DNA from: a virus
Taxonomy: Duplodnaviria; Caudoviricetes
Length of the DNA: 24,280 nt
Strand: one strand, 5' to 3'
Virus record (IMG/VR): IMGVR_UViG_3300032218_003441
Location: 1-24,280 of that record
Positions 1 to 6,512 of the stretch are shown in pieces. Numbering within the stretch: the stretch's first letter is position 1; each line of letters starts with the position of its first letter. Under the pieces are notes generated by a model. The model searched no databases and was not told the DNA's origin. It saw only the letters and a list, made by a program, of their open reading frames with translations. A program made the position numbers and the translations under genes.

Positions 1-378
1 ATAGGAGTAGATACCGATAAGGAAGTGAAATACAACAAGTTGAAAAGGACCACCGTTATAGAGCCATTCATCAAGACTTGCTGCTTCCCAAATAGGATAG
101 AAGTGAAGTCCAATGGCGTTGCTGGAGGGCACAACAGCACCAGAGATGATGTTGTTGCCGTACATGAGTGAACCAGCAACAGGTTCACGAATACCATCAA
201 TGTCTACAGGAGGTGCAGCAATGAAGGCGACGATGAAACAAATCGTTGCAGCAAGCAACGTTGGAATCATCAGAGTTCCGAACCAACCAACATAAAGGCG
301 GTTGTTCGTTGAAGTAACCCACTGACAAAATTGTTCCCAGGAGTTAGTAGAATTGCGTTGTGCAATAGTAGCAGTCAT
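1..378 (-). CDS. psbA: Photosystem II D1 protein, 5' part (runs off the window)
   Basis: Manual translation from ATG at 378: [126 protein letters not shown], a clear D1 sequence. Confidence 0.99.
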   Translation of the reverse strand, partial: MTATIAQRNSTNSWEQFCQWVTSTNNRLYVGWFGTLMIPTLLAATICFIVAFIAAPPVDIDGIREPVAGSLMYGNNIISGAVVPSSNAIGLHFYPIWEAASLDEWLYNGGPFQLVVFHFLIGIYSY

Positions 379-380
379 TT

Positions 381-500
381 TTCGTAAAAGGGTAAGTAAG
401 GTCCAGGGGGAACTGGATAATACGGTATTTCCCACACCACCCTCCAGTATGGGTATGAGAGATGCTTTACTTCTGATGATCTCGGTTACAGAAGGTTAAG
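381..500 (-). ncRNA. Structured psbA 5' leader, probable PhotoRC-II-type RNA motif
   Basis: Three hairpins on the minus strand: CUUCUG..CAGAAG (470-494), CCCAUAC..GUGUGGG (431-453) and UCCAG..CUGGA (402-417). They lie directly upstream of a cyanophage psbA, where PhotoRC-II motifs are described. The family match is from recall. Confidence 0.65.
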
Positions 501-520
501 AAACGTTACATTTCTTAAGA
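485..520. promoter_or_regulatory. HLR1-like (RpaB-type) 10-bp-spaced direct repeats at the psbA transcription start
   Basis: GTTACAGA (485), GTTAAGAA (495) and GTTACATT (505) on the + strand, compared with HLR1 (G/T)TTACA(T/A)(T/A)-N2. They overlap the palindrome TTAAGAAA-N7-TTTCTTAA (496-518). Confidence 0.55.
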
Positions 521-522
521 CT

Positions 523-556
523 TATTTATCATAGCATTGTTAGGAAATGCTGTCAA
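523..556 (-). promoter_or_regulatory. psbA sigma70 promoter with overlapping T4-late-like element
   Basis: TTGACA (556-551), 17-nt spacer, TATGAT (533-528). GATAAATA (530-523) overlaps the -10 box. Confidence 0.8.
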
Positions 557-578
557 TGGGTTTATTTACTCAATCAAA

Positions 579-590
579 CATAAATAAATA
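579..590 (+). promoter_or_regulatory. T4-like late promoter candidate
   Basis: Overlapping CATAAATA and AATAAATA about 20-30 nt before the ATG at 610. Matches NATAAATA, but the region is AT-rich. Confidence 0.5.
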
Positions 591-609
591 AGTGCCTAAA
601 TGTACTGCC

Positions 610-723
610 ATGGCAAAATCAGCAAACAAAGGTAAGAAAGGATCTGCTGGCGGAAAGCAATCCAAACAAAATCAAGGCAATGCAACTGCTAAGAAAGCAA
701 AGAACGGCGGAAAGAAAAAATGA
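610..723 (+). CDS. Small Lys/Gly-rich basic protein (37 aa)
   Basis: Not in the ORF track. MAKSANKGKKGSAGGKQSKQNQGNATAKKAKNGGKKK. Its stop is followed by GAGG and the next ATG at 730. Confidence 0.75.
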   Translation: MAKSANKGKKGSAGGKQSKQNQGNATAKKAKNGGKKK

Positions 724-729
724 GGTATT

Positions 730-930
730 ATGCCAAGAGAGTGGAATACTCCAAAGCGTGAATGTTGGAATAAACCCATTCACCAAATATTAAAGGCAAT
801 AGATAATCATGTAAGGATCGGAATGGAAACAGGAGATCCATGGCACGAAGAACAAGCAGAAATATTAAGAAAATATGTAAAAGATTTGAAAGTTTGGATA
901 CACAAACAGGAGGGATGTTGGAATGAATGA
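730..930 (+). CDS. Hypothetical phage protein (66 aa)
   Basis: ORF with GAGG RBS, tightly packed between neighbours, amphipathic helical pattern. Confidence 0.8.
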   Translation: MPREWNTPKRECWNKPIHQILKAIDNHVRIGMETGDPWHEEQAEILRKYVKDLKVWIHKQEGCWNE

Positions 931-1048
931 ACTGCCTTGGGGAGTTTTTATAATTCTTGGAATAGGTTTATTAGGAACCGCATGGTCAATTTACTACATA
1001 CTACGATTAGCATATTTAGAAACAAAAAATGAGAGCAATCATCATTAA
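923..1048 (+). CDS. Small single-TM membrane protein (41 aa)
   Basis: Manual translation MNELPWGVFIILGIGLLGTAWSIYYILRLAYLETKNESNHH. Overlaps the previous stop and has GGAGG upstream. Confidence 0.7.
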   Translation: MNELPWGVFIILGIGLLGTAWSIYYILRLAYLETKNESNHH

Positions 1049-1184
1049 TACACTTATATTAATGAGAATTCTAACTCATCATGGAGATTTTTTAGATCAA
1101 AGAAGAATGCCGCCCAAACGTCAGACACCTGAGGTTAGAGCGGCACTTCTTAGAACTTGGAAAAAAGGAACTAAAAGAATTTAG
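1029..1184 (+). CDS. Small basic hypothetical protein (51 aa)
   Basis: Manual translation MRAIIINTLILMRILTHHGDFLDQRRMPPKRQTPEVRAALLRTWKKGTKRI. Fills the gap up to the convergent gene ending at 1198. Confidence 0.55.
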   Translation: MRAIIINTLILMRILTHHGDFLDQRRMPPKRQTPEVRAALLRTWKKGTKRI

Positions 1185-1197
1185 AATTTCCAAATTT

Positions 1198-1686
1198 TTA
1201 TTTGATAGCAGGCATTTTGAAGACTTCTGGATATGCAGCATCAAAGTTTCTCATCATAATTGCAGAACGGGCATTTGCCTCATTCTCTGTTGGACTTCCA
1301 GTCACACCATCTCCATAGACACCAGTAATGTGCTGATGGTAATGACAGATTTCATGTCCTAATGTTCTGAGTGCATCCAGTGGATGGCGATTTTGAATCT
1401 CAACTACAATACGATTTTTATGACTTGTTTTCCCCCAAGTATGATTTTTTTGACCCCAATCTGAATTTGTAGTAAATGTAATTCCAGGAATATTTTTTAC
1501 ATGAAGTCCAGCACCACCATTATGAGAACTATGAGGAAAATGGATTGGAGGAATTTGTTTCTTTGCTATTTTCAATTCCTTGAAAACAAAAGGAAGAAAC
1601 TTGGGAATAAGTTTTTCAAATTCCTCCACACTTGTTGAATCACAAGAACAAGAAGCTTCGTTTAGAAATTCCTGGAATGTTCTCAT
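1198..1686 (-). CDS. HEXXH zinc-metallopeptidase-like protein with T4 internal-protein-like N-terminus
   Basis: LRTLGHEICHYHQH plus downstream ENEANA (third ligand Glu, gluzincin/IrrE-like spacing). N-terminus is MRTFQEFLNE. Confidence 0.75.
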   Translation of the reverse strand: MRTFQEFLNEASCSCDSTSVEEFEKLIPKFLPFVFKELKIAKKQIPPIHFPHSSHNGGAGLHVKNIPGITFTTNSDWGQKNHTWGKTSHKNRIVVEIQNRHPLDALRTLGHEICHYHQHITGVYGDGVTGSPTENEANARSAIMMRNFDAAYPEVFKMPAIK

Positions 1687-2525
1687 TTAAAAATCCTTCC
1701 CCAACCAGTTTTATCTGCACCATGATCTAACCAACGATGTATAAGAACGTCTTTGGTATAGACACAATTCTTACCATTTTCTACGGGACCAGTATAACCA
1801 TCATTCAAAGAACCATAGGGATCATTGATATAATAATCACCTTTAGCAGTCTTACCTCTGACTACAACCATGTGCCCACCAGTAGGAGCAGAAAGAGAAC
1901 CCCTGTGTAAGATACCAATAACGACAGGTTTGCCAGCAGATAAACTCTTATCAATATCAGAAAAACCAAGATTGTAACTAAATTCAGACTTAACGCCATA
2001 AGATGCAAGAGCCTGGGTTTGAACTGAATGATCAGTTGTATCACCAATTGAGAATACCTTTTGAATGTAAGCATCATCACCCTTTGCTCCTTTAAGAGTT
2101 CCTGGTTTTAAAAACTCAAGACACATAGCACAAGAAGAACTATTACAGGTTCTATGAGCATCCCTATAATTATCTACTTGATTGTAGTAAGGAACGTTTA
2201 AATTGATTTCTTTTGGTGCTGGTGGTTTTTCTCTATACTTTTCTGCCCAATCAGCAGTATCTAAAAGCAATTCGGCAGGAACTTCTTTCTGAAGTTGATC
2301 AACTGCTGCAACATGATTTGCAAGTTTTTCATTATAAAACTGAAAGAACTTATGAAGATCTACTGCTTCTCCAACAATTGCACCTTTTCCTCTATATGTA
2401 ACTACCCACTCAGCATTTGGTACTAATAGAGTTGGGATTGCTTTCTCTAAAATACCTACCGCAGCGACATGATTCGCATTATGCTCATCATAATATTTGA
2501 AAAAATTATGAAGATTTAAAGTCAT
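1683..2525 (-). CDS. Peptidase C39-like (papain-fold) protein with duplicated N-terminal domain
   Basis: LNVPYYNQ..TCNSSSCAM (Cys), GGHMVVVRG (His), INDPYG (Asp). Two ~50-aa N-terminal repeats and a Pro-rich linker. Confidence 0.85.
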   Translation of the reverse strand: MTLNLHNFFKYYDEHNANHVAAVGILEKAIPTLLVPNAEWVVTYRGKGAIVGEAVDLHKFFQFYNEKLANHVAAVDQLQKEVPAELLLDTADWAEKYREKPPAPKEINLNVPYYNQVDNYRDAHRTCNSSSCAMCLEFLKPGTLKGAKGDDAYIQKVFSIGDTTDHSVQTQALASYGVKSEFSYNLGFSDIDKSLSAGKPVVIGILHRGSLSAPTGGHMVVVRGKTAKGDYYINDPYGSLNDGYTGPVENGKNCVYTKDVLIHRWLDHGADKTGWGRIFK

Positions 2526-2548
2526 TTGAATTTATTACAGCACTACCA

Positions 2549-2556
2549 TATTTATA
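2549..2556 (-). promoter_or_regulatory. T4-type late promoter TATAAATA
   Basis: Exact TATAAATA on the minus strand, 23 nt upstream of the C39 ATG and just after the hli terminator U-tract. Confidence 0.75.
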
Positions 2557-2588
2557 AAAAAAAGGGCACCTAAGTGCCCCCTTTTATT
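2556..2588 (-). terminator. Rho-independent terminator of the hli operon (possibly bidirectional)
   Basis: GGGCAC-N4-GTGCCC stem (2564-2579), flanked by A8 on the left and a T-rich run on the right. Confidence 0.85.
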
Positions 2589-2696
2589 TTACCACACCCC
2601 AGGAATAATTTGACCAGTCAGGGCATAGGCACCCATTGCTGCCATAATTCCAATCATAGCAAACCAACCATTAATACGTTCTGCGCGATCGTTCAT
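2589..2696 (-). CDS. hli: High-light-inducible protein (35 aa)
   Basis: Not in the ORF track. MNDRAERINGWFAMIGIMAAMGAYALTGQIIPGVW contains AExxNGxxAMIG and TGQIIPG motifs. GGAG RBS. Confidence 0.95.
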   Translation of the reverse strand: MNDRAERINGWFAMIGIMAAMGAYALTGQIIPGVW

Positions 2697-2707
2697 TGTT
2701 TTTCTCC

Positions 2708-2794
2708 TTAGTAAGTTTCAGAAAGTTGATTGACAGAATATGCAAGAAGCACAAAGAAAGCAATACTGGTAATAGTAAAGATTACTTCTCCCAT
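2708..2794 (-). CDS. 28-aa single-TM peptide between the hli genes
   Basis: MGEVIFTITSIAFFVLLAYSVNQLSETY. TGATG overlap with the upstream hli stop, and its TAA abuts the RBS of the downstream hli. Confidence 0.75.
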   Translation of the reverse strand: MGEVIFTITSIAFFVLLAYSVNQLSETY

Positions 2795-3003
2795 CAGATT
2801 ACACCAAAGAAAAGGTGTCCAGTAAATGCATAAGAGATGAGTGCTGCGACAAATCCAAGCATCGCAGTACGTCCATTCAGTTTTTCAGCACGTTCTGCAT
2901 GTGTTTCAAGTGCATAACGTTCTGCATCACTTTGAGACACATACATTTTAGGTTCACGAGCAAACATATTCTGTTGCCCACGTTCATTAGTCGTTACAGT
3001 CAT
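2794..3003 (-). CDS. hli: High-light-inducible protein with N-terminal extension (69 aa)
   Basis: AEKLNGRTAMLGF chlorophyll-binding motif, C-terminal TGHLFFG, N-terminal GQQNMFAREP extension. Confidence 0.93.
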   Translation of the reverse strand: MTVTTNERGQQNMFAREPKMYVSQSDAERYALETHAERAEKLNGRTAMLGFVAALISYAFTGHLFFGVI

Positions 3004-3030
3004 TTACGTTTTGTTACGAAACATTACAGA
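3003..3030. promoter_or_regulatory. HLR1-like 10-bp-spaced repeats in the hli leader
   Basis: TTTACGTT (3003), GTTACGAA (3013) and ATTACAGA (3023) on the + strand. Confidence 0.55.
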
Positions 3031-3059
3031 ATTATATAGGAAAAAGAAAGGGGTGTCAA
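3031..3059 (-). promoter_or_regulatory. Consensus sigma70 promoter of the hli operon
   Basis: TTGACA (3059-3054), 17 nt, TATAAT (3036-3031). Confidence 0.9.
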
Positions 3060-3069
3060 GCACCCCCTT
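3041..3069 (-). terminator. Porin terminator
   Basis: Minus strand GGGGTG-CTTGA-CACCCC followed by TTTCTTTTT, just after the porin stop. Confidence 0.8.
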
Positions 3070-3074
3070 GATCA

Positions 3075-4655
3075 TCAGAACTTGAAGGTTGTCTGAATTA
3101 CACCACCCAAACCACTGAAGGTAGGTTGTCCAGCAGCATTCGTGGTCGAATTGCTTGAACCAGAAGCATAGAACAGAGCAGGAGTAACTGAGATGTTATC
3201 AGATACTTGGTACTTATAGAACCATTCAACCAACCAAGGATTGCTACCTGAAGCACCCTCAGAGTTTGCAGGTTGTCCAAAAGCAACACCAGCAGCATTA
3301 CCTTTCACAAAGGCATCATCCCATTGCAAACCAACCATCCAAGAACGGGAGGATTGTGCTTGTTTCTGAGGAGTTGCACCAGCAGCACCAGAGTTACCGC
3401 TGACAAAGTTATAACCGTAACCAGCACTGATTGAAGGAATTGCACCAGTAGTTTTAGGTTGCCAGTAAGCATTCAGTGCAACGCTATTGGAATACTGATT
3501 GACACCCAGAGTGCTACCTGCAACGCCATTACCATCACGAACTCCAGACTGAGGAGTGCCATAACGATAACCAGCGGCAACACCCCACTGAGGAGCCTTA
3601 TAACCAATCTGAGTCATGATGTTGATACCAGATGCAGAGTTGAAGACACCATAGGAACTATCAGAACCTGATGCACCATTCTTACAACCAGCAGTGCAAG
3701 TAGTATTAGCACTATTTACACCAGAACCATTCACAACATAGTTAGCATTCAGCACCCAAGCAGGTTTGCCTTTTGCAACAGGTTGCTTCCACTGAACACC
3801 AACACCTTCACCAGTTGCTTTGTTGTAGACACCACCAGTACCACCAACAGCAAATACATCAAGAATGTTTGACTTATATGCAGTTGGAATCCATGCCATC
3901 TCAGTGTTACGAACCAGAGCACCAATCGTCAGTTTGGTTGCCTTGTTTGCACCAACAGGGAATTGATAGTACAGACGATCAACATAGACTGCATTGTTCC
4001 AATCTTCTGCCTTATCAAGTTTGAAGATGTTGTTGGTAGAAGTTCCGAAAGGATACTTGGAGAAATTACCAGTACGCAGACGAGTACGCAGCAAATCTTG
4101 ACCAGTGTATGAAGTATCAAGGTTGATACGAAGGTCATAATTGAAGGTTGTGTTTCCATAACCTTTCACACCAGCAGCAGTGTAATTAGGTACACCACCA
4201 AGAATCATGCTTGCTTCACCAGCCAGTTTGGTGGTGGTAGAGAATTGTTGTGCTTGAAGACGACTGACTTTGTTCTCAAGACCATCAACACGAGCAGTGA
4301 TAACAGAAAGTTCTTTATCAAACTCAGCAAGAAGTTTGCGAAGTTCATCAGTGGTTTCGGTTACACGATCCAAGCAAGAATTCAGAAGAGCAGCAGCTTC
4401 AAAACGGGTCATTGCTTTACCGCCAGCAAAAGTTCCGTTAGGATAACCTGCTACACAACCATATTTTTCAACAAGATTGGAGAGTGCCTGATAAGCCCAA
4501 TCAGTAGGCTTTACATCAGAAAATTGGGTGACACTTGTGACCTGTTCCTGTGAGGAATATTGATTGACTGCTGCAATATTGAGATCTGCTGCTTGTGCAA
4601 CAGGAGCAATCATACCAAAAGCAACAGGTGCAAGCATCAGTTGTTTGATTTTCAT
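3075..4655 (-). CDS. Cyanobacterial outer-membrane porin (Som / SLH-OprB type)
   Basis: Signal peptide (MKIKQLMLAPVAFGMIAPVAQA), SLH domain (FSDVKPTDWAYQAL..GCVAGYPNGTF..MTRFEAAALLNSCL), coiled coil, QFSTTTKL motif, beta-barrel ending in QTTFKF. Start set at ATG 4655 instead of 4685. Confidence 0.95.
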   Translation of the reverse strand: MKIKQLMLAPVAFGMIAPVAQAADLNIAAVNQYSSQEQVTSVTQFSDVKPTDWAYQALSNLVEKYGCVAGYPNGTFAGGKAMTRFEAAALLNSCLDRVTETTDELRKLLAEFDKELSVITARVDGLENKVSRLQAQQFSTTTKLAGEASMILGGVPNYTAAGVKGYGNTTFNYDLRINLDTSYTGQDLLRTRLRTGNFSKYPFGTSTNNIFKLDKAEDWNNAVYVDRLYYQFPVGANKATKLTIGALVRNTEMAWIPTAYKSNILDVFAVGGTGGVYNKATGEGVGVQWKQPVAKGKPAWVLNANYVVNGSGVNSANTTCTAGCKNGASGSDSSYGVFNSASGINIMTQIGYKAPQWGVAAGYRYGTPQSGVRDGNGVAGSTLGVNQYSNSVALNAYWQPKTTGAIPSISAGYGYNFVSGNSGAAGATPQKQAQSSRSWMVGLQWDDAFVKGNAAGVAFGQPANSEGASGSNPWLVEWFYKYQVSDNISVTPALFYASGSSNSTTNAAGQPTFSGLGGVIQTTFKF

Positions 4656-4752
4656 AAATTTTTTTGTATTAGTACTAAACGACAATGTGAAGATTTACAA
4701 CAAAGCAAATCTTCGTTATTTAGGAATCTTAATCAAATATTAAGATAAGAAT

Positions 4753-4781
4753 AGTATAGTATGAATTACGAAATATGTCAA
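4753..4781 (-). promoter_or_regulatory. Porin sigma70 promoter
   Basis: TTGACA (4781-4776), 17 nt, TATACT (4758-4753). The -35 box includes the TGA stop of the GT25 gene. Confidence 0.75.
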
Positions 4782-5575
4782 GTACTTTGCTGTGCTGCTG
4801 AATTTTCGGTTATCCGACCCAAGTAAGGATCATAATTCATATAATCTTTGATATCAATTGAAGATCCATTCTGTTCCCAGAATTGTGATAAAGCATCATG
4901 AGGAGCTTTATGAAAGATGTTTATGTGTTCTGGGTGAATAGAAGAACCCAATTCAATCCTATAAAGAAGAAGAGGAATTGAATAGGTGTTTCCCGTATTG
5001 TAAACCAAATCATCTGCAACAGGGCGGGGTTTGACACCATTATCAAGTTTATACTTATCTCCTCTGCAATGAAACTTGAGAAGTTTTTCTGCATGATGTC
5101 GAGTAATCAAGTAACAAGCAGTAGAGAAATCATTTACAAATCTCTTATGCAACTTGACATGAATATCGCCAGTACAAATGATGGCAATTTGCACAATATC
5201 CCAATCATAAGGAATATGTGCATAAAAATCGTCCCAAGTAAAGTTCCAGAACCTAACCAGATCTAAATTACAATCATCTTCCATGATGATCGCATAAGGA
5301 CTATCAGATGTTTCCATCCAATGTTTGATTGCTTTTAGATGAGATGTGGTGCAACCGATTTCGCCAGAGGTCATCATCTCAGGATATCTACCGGTAATAA
5401 TGTCACTTAGGTCATCTTCACGACCATCATATGCAGAGATACGGGTATAATTTTCAATTTCCCAATACTTAAATTGATCTTCCATATACTGGCGTCTTTC
5501 TGGTTGACCATCAAGATTTAAGTAATAGATTGGACCAATACCTTTGAGTTTATGAGCAGATTTATTTTTGTCCAT
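4778..5575 (-). CDS. Glycosyltransferase family 25
   Basis: YYLNLD..ERR, RISAYDG, MTSGEIGCTTSH and IIMEDD motifs. Likely start is MDKNKS at 5575. Confidence 0.9.
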   Translation of the reverse strand: MDKNKSAHKLKGIGPIYYLNLDGQPERRQYMEDQFKYWEIENYTRISAYDGREDDLSDIITGRYPEMMTSGEIGCTTSHLKAIKHWMETSDSPYAIIMEDDCNLDLVRFWNFTWDDFYAHIPYDWDIVQIAIICTGDIHVKLHKRFVNDFSTACYLITRHHAEKLLKFHCRGDKYKLDNGVKPRPVADDLVYNTGNTYSIPLLLYRIELGSSIHPEHINIFHKAPHDALSQFWEQNGSSIDIKDYMNYDPYLGRITENSAAQQST

Positions 5576-6512
5576 TAATGATAAATTCAACACTTGGAAT
5601 ATAATACTTTTTTAAAATTTGAATCCAATCAAAGGATTTTGAATATTCTAAAATAGATTCTCTATTTTGTAAAGAGTATTCTCTATTTTCAATAATTTTT
5701 TGCTCAATATATTCAAGATCTTTAATTTTATTTTCTGGAATAATAGTAATAAATTCTTTCGATTCGTCAAGATTTGCTCTCCCCCATTCGGTTACAACAA
5801 CACCAAGACCAGAAGCAAGTGCTTCCATACAAACAAGAGGATGTGCTTCACCATCAGAAAGAAGAACTAAATTGCCATATTGTGTCAGTTCTTTATGAAG
5901 GGTTTTTTTATCCCATTCTCCAAGATAATTCTTAGAAGTATCAAATCTATTGTCCGCATTATTACCAACGTACCAAAGACTATCAATAGTCTGGAACATA
6001 TGTTGCCTTTTTCTATGATCTATCTTTGCTAAGTAAATTGATCTATCAGGATACTTTGGAGACTGATTGAATTTAAAATTATCTGAGGCAACTCCATTAG
6101 GATTCAAGTATAACTTACTCTTAGGAATCTCAGCAAGGGTTTCATAGATATTATTAATACCTTGAGATAGACCAAGGACATTTGGCTTAATTATTCTAAA
6201 CTGGTTAAAGATTCTTTGACGATAATCGCCCATCATTTCGGGTCGTTCAATATATGCAAAGTGGGTTGTTACTGCGCAAGGATATTGAATATATTGATAT
6301 AATCCAACCCAATCATCATAATTAATATGCACAAAATCTGGACGATATTGATTGATCATTTGAATGATCTGATGAGGATCTCCAATATTAATGATCTGAA
6401 CATCATGTCCCAGTTTATTCAAAGTCAACTTCATATCCCAAATTAAACTTTCAACTGCGCCCCAACCTTTAGGTGGAATAGGAAGTGCTGGACCAATAAT
6501 ACTAATTCGCAT
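5562..6512 (-). CDS. GT-B glycosyltransferase (GT4-like)
   Basis: PIPPKGWGAVE, YLAKIDHRK and EAHPLVCMEALASGLGVV (EX7E). Confidence 0.88.
   Translation of the reverse strand: MRISIIGPALPIPPKGWGAVESLIWDMKLTLNKLGHDVQIINIGDPHQIIQMINQYRPDFVHINYDDWVGLYQYIQYPCAVTTHFAYIERPEMMGDYRQRIFNQFRIIKPNVLGLSQGINNIYETLAEIPKSKLYLNPNGVASDNFKFNQSPKYPDRSIYLAKIDHRKRQHMFQTIDSLWYVGNNADNRFDTSKNYLGEWDKKTLHKELTQYGNLVLLSDGEAHPLVCMEALASGLGVVVTEWGRANLDESKEFITIIPENKIKDLEYIEQKIIENREYSLQNRESILEYSKSFDWIQILKKYYIPSVEFIINGQK

Noticed and set aside
113-295. 60-aa plus-strand ORF
   Set aside because: Antisense shadow of psbA.
1862-2401. ORFs 1862-2080 (-) and 2213-2401 (+)
   Set aside because: Nested in the C39 peptidase gene with no independent support.
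4548-4558. ATTCCTCACAG in the porin mRNA, 9 of 11 identical to the Yfr1 motif ACTCCTCACAC
   Set aside because: It is the same sense as Yfr1 rather than complementary, and is explained by the codons for YSSQ. Probably chance.
3098-4748. Several alternative-frame and antisense ORFs over the porin
   Set aside because: They overlap a well-supported gene and show no motifs or RBS.
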